A stretch of DNA of 40,198 bases from a virus (lineage: Duplodnaviria > Caudoviricetes): the IMG/VR virus record IMGVR_UViG_3300033067_002387, positions 1 through 40,198 of that record; one strand, written 5' to 3'. Positions 35,182 through 40,198 of the stretch are shown piece after piece (position 1 is the stretch's first letter; each line of letters starts with the position of its first letter). Under the pieces are notes generated by a model, which ran no database searches, had not been told where the DNA came from, and was given only the letters and a program-made list of their open reading frames with translations. Position numbers and translations under genes: made by a program.

Positions 35182-35210
35182 CGCGCCTGGTCCGATTTTA
35201 GTTGAACCGC

Positions 35211-35228
35211 TTTGGGACATTCCCCATA
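35211..35228 (+). promoter_or_regulatory. Operator O6 inside a rightward promoter
   Basis: TTTGGGACATTCCCCATA; TTGAAC(35202)-N17-CATAGT. Confidence 0.75.
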
Positions 35229-35272
35229 GTCGGACTATTCCAAGGGCGGATGCGCCGCCGAGGGAGAGGGCA

Positions 35273-35491
35273 ATGAATAGCAAGCGTGATGATATCGAGC
35301 GGCTCCTGAGCGCCGCCGGATGGATCGAGAATGGCGGCGGCGATGATTTCGTGGCCTTCGCGCATCGCTCAAGCTCAGTCGAGTTTCTCGCTTTCGATGA
35401 TGGCCGTTGGGAAGCGCACGAGGAGGCGGGCGTTTCCAGCGGCGCCGGCGCGGCCGATCTCGCCATCTATCTGCGCGCGGGGCGGTCATGA
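35273..35491 (+). CDS. Small acidic hypothetical protein (72 aa)
   Basis: GGAGAGG SD; downstream of the O6 promoter. Confidence 0.65.
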   Translation: MNSKRDDIERLLSAAGWIENGGGDDFVAFAHRSSSVEFLAFDDGRWEAHEEAGVSSGAGAADLAIYLRAGRS

Positions 35492-35706
35492 GCCGCGTTC
35501 ATCACGTCTTCGCCCGCGAGCGCGCGGCCGGCTCGCCCTGGTGGCATGAGACGGCGCACGCCGATCTCGAAGATGCGCTGGCCGATGCCGAGGCGCTTCG
35601 CGAGGGTTATCAGCGAGCGCGCACGCGCATCCTTCGCGGCGCGGATTCCTTCGCTTGGGTCCAAGCCAAGCTTGCCGAGCTGAACGCGCCCGAGCCGGGC
35701 CGTTAG
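35488..35706 (+). CDS. Hypothetical protein (72 aa)
   Basis: ATGA coupling; MSRVHHVFARE. Confidence 0.6.
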   Translation: MSRVHHVFARERAAGSPWWHETAHADLEDALADAEALREGYQRARTRILRGADSFAWVQAKLAELNAPEPGR

Positions 35707-35734
35707 AAAAAAGCGGGCTTTTTCTAACAAGGGG

Positions 35735-35764
35735 AGGGCGGCCGCCGGGCCGCCCTTTCTGTTT
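35735..35764 (+). terminator. Intrinsic terminator
   Basis: AGGGCGGCC-GCCG-GGCCGCCCT-TTCTGTTT. Confidence 0.7.
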
Positions 35765-35777
35765 GCGCTCTTCCAAC

Positions 35778-35795
35778 CTTGGGGCTTTTCCCATA
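35778..35795 (+). promoter_or_regulatory. Operator O7 inside the promoter of the outer-membrane protein gene
   Basis: CTTGGGGCTTTTCCCATA; TTCCAA-N17-TATAGC. Confidence 0.75.
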
Positions 35796-35847
35796 TAGCG
35801 GCAGCGCTGGCGCGCCCAATGGGGGGCGGCCATCCAAGGGGAAGACC

Positions 35848-36594
35848 ATGCACAAGGCATTGATGAGCGGCGCGGCCATGCTCGCGCTCAATTTCGCGGC
35901 CGCCGGCGCGGCGCTCGCGCAACAGAACCACGAAGGCTTTCGCCTCAGCGCCGGCGTCGGCGCGAGCTATTTGCAAGGCGACGTGCGCTTCAGCGGCGGC
36001 AAGCCAAGCGAGCCGCTCGCCGGCGCCATGGCGCTCGGCCGCATAAATCTCGACTATCAATTCGGCGAGGGCTCGGGCTTCGTCGTTGGCATTGGCGCAT
36101 TCAGCTCGCTCGGCGATGGCATCCAAACCGCGCCGGTCCGCGATGGCAATCTGCTCGTTCAAGACTCGCGGCTCAATGGGCTCTCAGGCTATGGCGGCCG
36201 CATCGGCTATGCCTTCGGCAATCTCACGCCGTTCGTCGGCGTCGAAAAATGGCAGCGCGATTTCACCACGCGCCAATCATGCCCGGACAATCCGGCCGCT
36301 TCGGTTGCGGTCGGCGGCTATTGCGCCGGCGGCTTCAATCTTCCCGTCGCCACAACGCGCGCCGGCCAGCGAGCCGGAAGCGATAGCGCCGAAGCCACAG
36401 CCTGGACGCTCGGGGCCGAGCTTGCGCTATCGCGCCACTTCTCGCTCGATGCTCGCTATAGCGACGCCGACTTCGGCACGCACGTCATCAGCCTCGCGCC
36501 GACCGGCAACACGCTGGGCCAAGTCGCGCACCCGCCGACCGATCCGAGCCAGCACGTTCGCGCCTTCGCGATCACTGGTGCTTGGCGCTTCTGA
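35848..36594 (+). CDS. Outer-membrane beta-barrel protein (Omp25/RopB-like)
   Basis: Signal peptide ending ALA|QQ; GRIGYAF, WTLGAELAL, LDARYSDADFG; C-terminal AWRF beta-signal. Confidence 0.85.
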   Translation: MHKALMSGAAMLALNFAAAGAALAQQNHEGFRLSAGVGASYLQGDVRFSGGKPSEPLAGAMALGRINLDYQFGEGSGFVVGIGAFSSLGDGIQTAPVRDGNLLVQDSRLNGLSGYGGRIGYAFGNLTPFVGVEKWQRDFTTRQSCPDNPAASVAVGGYCAGGFNLPVATTRAGQRAGSDSAEATAWTLGAELALSRHFSLDARYSDADFGTHVISLAPTGNTLGQVAHPPTDPSQHVRAFAITGAWRF

Positions 36595-36619
36595 TTTCAG
36601 AAGGGCGGAAGCGGAATGA

Positions 36620-36648
36620 GGGGGCCGGGCGCAAGCTCGGCCCTTTTT
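36620..36648 (+). terminator. Intrinsic terminator after the OMP gene
   Basis: GGGCCGGGC-GCAA-GCTCGGCCC-TTTTT. Confidence 0.8.
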
Positions 36649-36682
36649 CCGTGGCGCGGCTCAGTGCACGCATCATGGGGCC

Positions 36683-37891
36683 ATGACAGTCAGCTCTCGC
36701 AAAACGGCCGCCGGCATTCGCTATCGCTGGGACTTCGAGCGCGCCGGCCAGCGCTTCAACAGCCCGACGACCTATCCCACGCGCGCCAAGGCCGCGAAGG
36801 CCGAGCGCGAGGCGAAGAAGGCGGCCGAGCGCGATGGCGCGCCAGCCATCCAGGCGCCGAGGAAGAAAGCCGCCGAGCGCCGCGTGCGCGCCGACGCCGG
36901 CGGACCGGTCTCGCTCGGCCGCGCATGCGACCGCTATTGGGATGACGTCGCCCGCCATCATCGCAGCGCCAGCGACATCGAGCGCCGGCTGAAGATCGTC
37001 CGCCGCTTGCTCGGCGATGAGACGCCGCTACTGGAGATCCGCTTCGCCGATATCAACGCCGCCGTTCAAGCGCGCCGGGCCGAGCCAGGGCGCCAGGGCA
37101 AGCCGCTCAGCGCGGGCTCGGTCAATCGCGACATCATCGATGCTCTGCGGCCGGCCTGGAATCATGCCGGCGAGGTCTTCGAGTTGGCCCTACCGCGGAT
37201 CGCTTGGGGCAAGCTTCGGCTGAAGGAGGCCGCCGAGATCGTCCGCGAGTTTGCGCCGGCCGAGGCCGAGCGTTGGGCGGCCGAGCTGGCGAGCGATGCC
37301 GAGCGGCTCTTCCTCGATGTGGCGCTCAGCTATGGCCCGCGCTTGGGTGAGATGTTCTTCCCGCCGAACGCGCTGAAGCTCGATGCTGGCGGCGGCGCCG
37401 AACTCGAGTTGGGGCGCTATCTCGGCCGGGCCGGCGTCTGGCGCGATAGCCGCAAGGACGGATCCCTTCACACCGTCACCATCCTGCCGGACCATGCCGA
37501 GCGGCTGGCGGCGCTGGCGGCCGAGGCCAAGGCGCGCGGCCTTCCTCATTGCTGGTTCGAAGTCGGGCGCGGCGCGCGCAAGGGCGACGCCATCCCGATC
37601 AGCTACTACGCCATGGCCGGGCGGCTTCGCTCGGCGGCCGCGCGCGCCGGCATCCCGGCCGGCCGCATCGTCCATGGCATGCGCCATCACGCGGTGACCT
37701 CGATCGTTCGAACCGCCGGCCTCGCGATGGGACAGCGCCTCGCCGGCCACAAGCAAATCACGACCACCCGGCGCTACGCCCACTTGGCAAACGACGATCT
37801 TCGAGCGGCGCTTGAGCGCGCGGCCGGCGCGAAATCCACGCCGAAAAGCCACGCCAGAACCACGCCAGAAGGCAAAGCCCCCCAGCGCTGA
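36683..37891 (+). CDS. int: Tyrosine integrase
   Basis: N-terminal arm-binding-like region; YGPRLGE (Arg), HGMRHH, AGH, TTRRYAH (Tyr). Confidence 0.93.
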   Translation: MTVSSRKTAAGIRYRWDFERAGQRFNSPTTYPTRAKAAKAEREAKKAAERDGAPAIQAPRKKAAERRVRADAGGPVSLGRACDRYWDDVARHHRSASDIERRLKIVRRLLGDETPLLEIRFADINAAVQARRAEPGRQGKPLSAGSVNRDIIDALRPAWNHAGEVFELALPRIAWGKLRLKEAAEIVREFAPAEAERWAAELASDAERLFLDVALSYGPRLGEMFFPPNALKLDAGGGAELELGRYLGRAGVWRDSRKDGSLHTVTILPDHAERLAALAAEAKARGLPHCWFEVGRGARKGDAIPISYYAMAGRLRSAAARAGIPAGRIVHGMRHHAVTSIVRTAGLAMGQRLAGHKQITTTRRYAHLANDDLRAALERAAGAKSTPKSHARTTPEGKAPQR

Positions 37892-38131
37892 GCGCGAAAA
37901 GTCCAACAAGATCAAAGCGGGCGGCGGCTATCGCCCCCGGATTGGTAATCCGGGGCGGGGGGGGTAAAAGCGGGCCAATTTGAGGGGGCCTTCCACCCCT
38001 GCGGGCCTTTGTTTTCAAGGGCCGCAGGGCCGCGATGGAAGAGGGAGGGCGGGCGTGGCTGGATATCGCCCAAAGGCCCTTTTTCGATCAGAAAGCCACG
38101 CCCGGATTCCCGCCCGGATTCCCGCCCAAGA
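37836..38131. other. Probable attP region with arm-type direct repeats
   Basis: CCACGCC x3 (37836, 37849, 37860) and CCACGCCCGGAT/TCCCGCCCGGAT/TCCCGCCCAAGA (38096-38131); AAAGCCACGCC is identical on both sides. Confidence 0.6.
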
Positions 38132-38192
38132 AGCGGCCCCCTGGCCGGGCGCTACGGGCGGGCTCGCGCGGCGCGCGAAGCGCTTGCCGATT

Positions 38193-38210
38193 CTTGGGAA
38201 CTGGCCCAAT
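38193..38210 (+). promoter_or_regulatory. Operator O8 inside the promoter of the Cro-like gene
   Basis: CTTGGGAACTGGCCCAAT; TTGCCG-N17-CAATGG. Confidence 0.75.
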
Positions 38211-38219
38211 GGCTGAAGC

Positions 38220-38489
38220 ATGAGCAGCAAACCCACCACCTTCGGCGCCACCATCGCGGCCGCGCGCGAGACTTTCCTCAAGCGCGCCAAGGCGCATGCC
38301 GCCGCCGCCGGAATCAAGCTTTCGACGCTGAGCCTCTACCTGATGAATGACGGCAAGGGCCTCAGCCGCATCGATGAGGGGGGCGATATTGGCACGCGCC
38401 AGCTTGAGCGGGCCGAGGCGATCCTGGCGAAGCGCGAGGCTGACCAGGCCAAGGCGAAGCCGAAGCCGGCGGCGAAAACCCGCCGTTAA
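38220..38489 (+). CDS. Cro-like transcriptional regulator
   Basis: AGIKLSTLSLYLMNDGKGLSRIDEGGDIGTRQLERA resembles alphaproteobacterial phage Cro-like proteins; first gene of the rightward operon. Confidence 0.7.
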   Translation: MSSKPTTFGATIAAARETFLKRAKAHAAAAGIKLSTLSLYLMNDGKGLSRIDEGGDIGTRQLERAEAILAKREADQAKAKPKPAAKTRR

Positions 38490-38530
38490 CCGAACCGGGC
38501 GCTGGCTGGCCGCAAGCCAGGAGAGCCCGC

Positions 38531-38863
38531 ATGCTAGGACATCGAGATCAGCCCCGCCCTTATGAGGGCGCGCCCGCGCCATTGCCCGAGCCGGGCGGCC
38601 AGCGGCTCTTCACCGATTGCGATGCGGCCGCGCAAGCGCGCACGCTCTTCAATCGCGGCGCGCACGCGCGCTTCGTTCGGGCCATGCCGCTGCTCAATGC
38701 GCGCCAGCTCACCAAGCTTCGCGCCAGCGGCATCATCGAGACGCGCGAGGATGCGCGCGGCAAGATCGAAGCGCGACTGACGCCGGCGGCCGTCGCGCAA
38801 ATGCCCGAGGCGGCCGCGCTCATCGCGGCGACGCCGGTCCTGGTTCGAAAGCTCGTGCCATGA
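38531..38863 (+). CDS. Hypothetical protein (110 aa)
   Basis: AGGAG SD; ATGA coupling to the next gene. Confidence 0.65.
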   Translation: MLGHRDQPRPYEGAPAPLPEPGGQRLFTDCDAAAQARTLFNRGAHARFVRAMPLLNARQLTKLRASGIIETREDARGKIEARLTPAAVAQMPEAAALIAATPVLVRKLVP

Positions 38864-39513
38864 AAGCCGCCGTCGCTCTCTTCCGGCTTGAGCCGGTGCT
38901 TCATCTGACGCGCGGCGAGCGCATCATCCTCGCCGCGATCTGGGAGGCGGGCCAGGCCGGCATCGGTCTTCGCGACTTGCCGGCGTCGAGCCTCGATGTC
39001 GCGTCGGTCCATCTCACGCGCATCAGAGCCAAGCTCATCGCGGCCGAGCTGGGTGCGGCGACCGAACTGGAGACGCGGTGGCCGGATGGAAAGGTCGGCT
39101 CGCGCGGGCTCGGCGCTCGCGGGCGCGGCGCCAACGGCCAAGTTTACACGTTGCCGCGCGCCGGCGTGGCGCTCTTGCATCAGCTCGCCGAGCAACAGCC
39201 TTGGCGGCCGCCCGAGATTTGGCTCCTCAATCCGCAAGAGGAGCTGACGACGCGCTGCCTCTTCGATGCTTGGGATCGCTTTCTCGCCGATGATGAGCTC
39301 CGCGCCGCCTTCGCGGCCGATGGCTCGGTTGCGACTTCGCCGAACATTTCGCGCACGGTCGTCTGTGGCGTGCGCGAGAAGCTCAAGCGCTTCAGCATCG
39401 GCATCGAGTGCGCGCCGCAAAAGGGCTGGAGCTTCGATGAGGCCAGCCGCGCCGCGCTCGTCGGCCATCGGGCCGAGATGCTTCAGCCGCCGGCGATGGG
39501 AATGTCGCGATGA
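38860..39513 (+). CDS. Protein with two OmpR/PhoB-type winged-helix-like domains
   Basis: LTRGERIILAAI...VASVHLTRIRAKL...LETRW and LNPQE...RTVVCGVREKLKRFSIGIECAPQKGWSF. Confidence 0.6.
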   Translation: MKAAVALFRLEPVLHLTRGERIILAAIWEAGQAGIGLRDLPASSLDVASVHLTRIRAKLIAAELGAATELETRWPDGKVGSRGLGARGRGANGQVYTLPRAGVALLHQLAEQQPWRPPEIWLLNPQEELTTRCLFDAWDRFLADDELRAAFAADGSVATSPNISRTVVCGVREKLKRFSIGIECAPQKGWSFDEASRAALVGHRAEMLQPPAMGMSR

Positions 39514-39779
39514 GCGAAGACATTCCAGGCCCGACGCTACTTCTCATCTGCGCGCAAACGCTGGCCGGCGAAATCTGGCGCTCGATGCTCGCGGCGCCCT
39601 TGCTATGGGGGCTCGCCGCGCTGGCGCTCATCTTGCTCGGCCGAGGCGCGGCGCATCTGGCCGAGGCGCGCGGCTGGCGGGCCGCCCTTTGGATGGCGCT
39701 CGGGCTCACGGTCTGGGGATTACTATGCGCCTTCCAGCCCTCGCATGCTGGCCTCGCATTGGGAAGCGCCCCAAGCTAG
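39510..39779 (+). CDS. Small membrane protein
   Basis: Two hydrophobic segments; ATGA coupling. Confidence 0.55.
   Translation: MSEDIPGPTLLLICAQTLAGEIWRSMLAAPLLWGLAALALILLGRGAAHLAEARGWRAALWMALGLTVWGLLCAFQPSHAGLALGSAPS
39758..39775. promoter_or_regulatory. Operator O9
   Basis: ATTGGGAAGCGCCCCAAG, ending 10 nt before the ATG at 39786. Confidence 0.65.
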
Positions 39780-39785
39780 CCCCCC

Positions 39786-40198
39786 ATGATTCGAGCCGCC
39801 GCCAATCCGCACGCTCAGCTCAGCGCCGCCCTCGCGAAGAAGAAGCGTGGGGCGGGGCGCGCCAAGTGGACGCGAGATCTGCGCGGCCGCAATCACCCGA
39901 GCGGCGAGGAAGCCAATTGGTTCAACGCGCAATATGCGCGCGAGGATCGCGGCGAGATCGTCATCGAAGCCATCGAGCCGGCGTGGGAGATATTCATCCA
40001 CTCTCACAACGCGGCCAAGCTCGCGCGCCTTTGCTCCGTCAAGGCCGACATGCAAGTGCGCGAAGGCGGCCGCGTTCGCTTCATCGATTTCAAGGGCCGG
40101 CTTGGAGATACCGCGGTGAGCCGGCTGAAGCGGAAGATGGTTCTCATTCAGCACGGCATCGAGATCGAGCTGGTCGGCAAATACGTCGAGCGCGAGGC
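39786..40198 (+). CDS. DUF1064-like PD-(D/E)XK nuclease, 3'-truncated by the window edge
   Basis: Manual translation: HPSGEEANWF...GEI...CSVKADM...FIDFKG...T...LKRKM...HGIEIE. Confidence 0.75.
   Translation, partial: MIRAAANPHAQLSAALAKKKRGAGRAKWTRDLRGRNHPSGEEANWFNAQYAREDRGEIVIEAIEPAWEIFIHSHNAAKLARLCSVKADMQVREGGRVRFIDFKGRLGDTAVSRLKRKMVLIQHGIEIELVGKYVERE

Noticed and set aside
35204-35218. GAAC-N7-GGAC, near match to the alphaproteobacterial LexA box
   Set aside because: Single mismatched copy, fully explained by the -35 element plus operator O6.
37935-37955. TTGGTAA loop identical to a tRNA-Thr(GGU) anticodon loop
   Set aside because: No D-arm, T-arm (GTTC) or acceptor stem in the flanks, so it is not a tRNA gene or a tRNA-restoring fragment; kept only as an att core candidate.

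Overview
The whole window is GC-rich temperate siphophage DNA, probably infecting an alphaproteobacterium (inferred from the GTA-like head/tail genes, the XRE regulator and the Omp25-like protein). No host housekeeping genes, rRNA, tRNA or CRISPR array were seen. Order: partial DNA methyltransferase; an antiparallel operon with a DUF932-like gene (813-4746); an HK97/RcGTA-like morphogenesis cluster from TerS to tail tip (4892-26252); a membrane protein plus an overlapping spanin pair with no recognisable endolysin; a histone-like protein; two convergent membrane/coiled-coil genes; a leftward recombination operon (XRE regulator, AAA ATPase, RecE-like nuclease); an outer-membrane beta-barrel moron; a tyrosine integrase; a probable attP; and a Cro-like rightward operon ending in a partial DUF1064 nuclease. 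Main observations: (1) an 18-bp palindrome (core TGGG-N6-CCCA) occurs at nine sites near gene starts, usually inside sigma70-like promoters, yet no CI repressor is visible; (2) a virion-type protein in the tail operon has a clear Sec signal peptide and the major capsid protein has a Tat-like leader; (3) tandem distal-tail paralogs, one with a triple TCD repeat next to a fibre gene; (4) a shared leaderless-like start geometry in four late genes; (5) a small-RNA candidate. All family assignments come from recognising motifs and synteny by eye, not from database searches.
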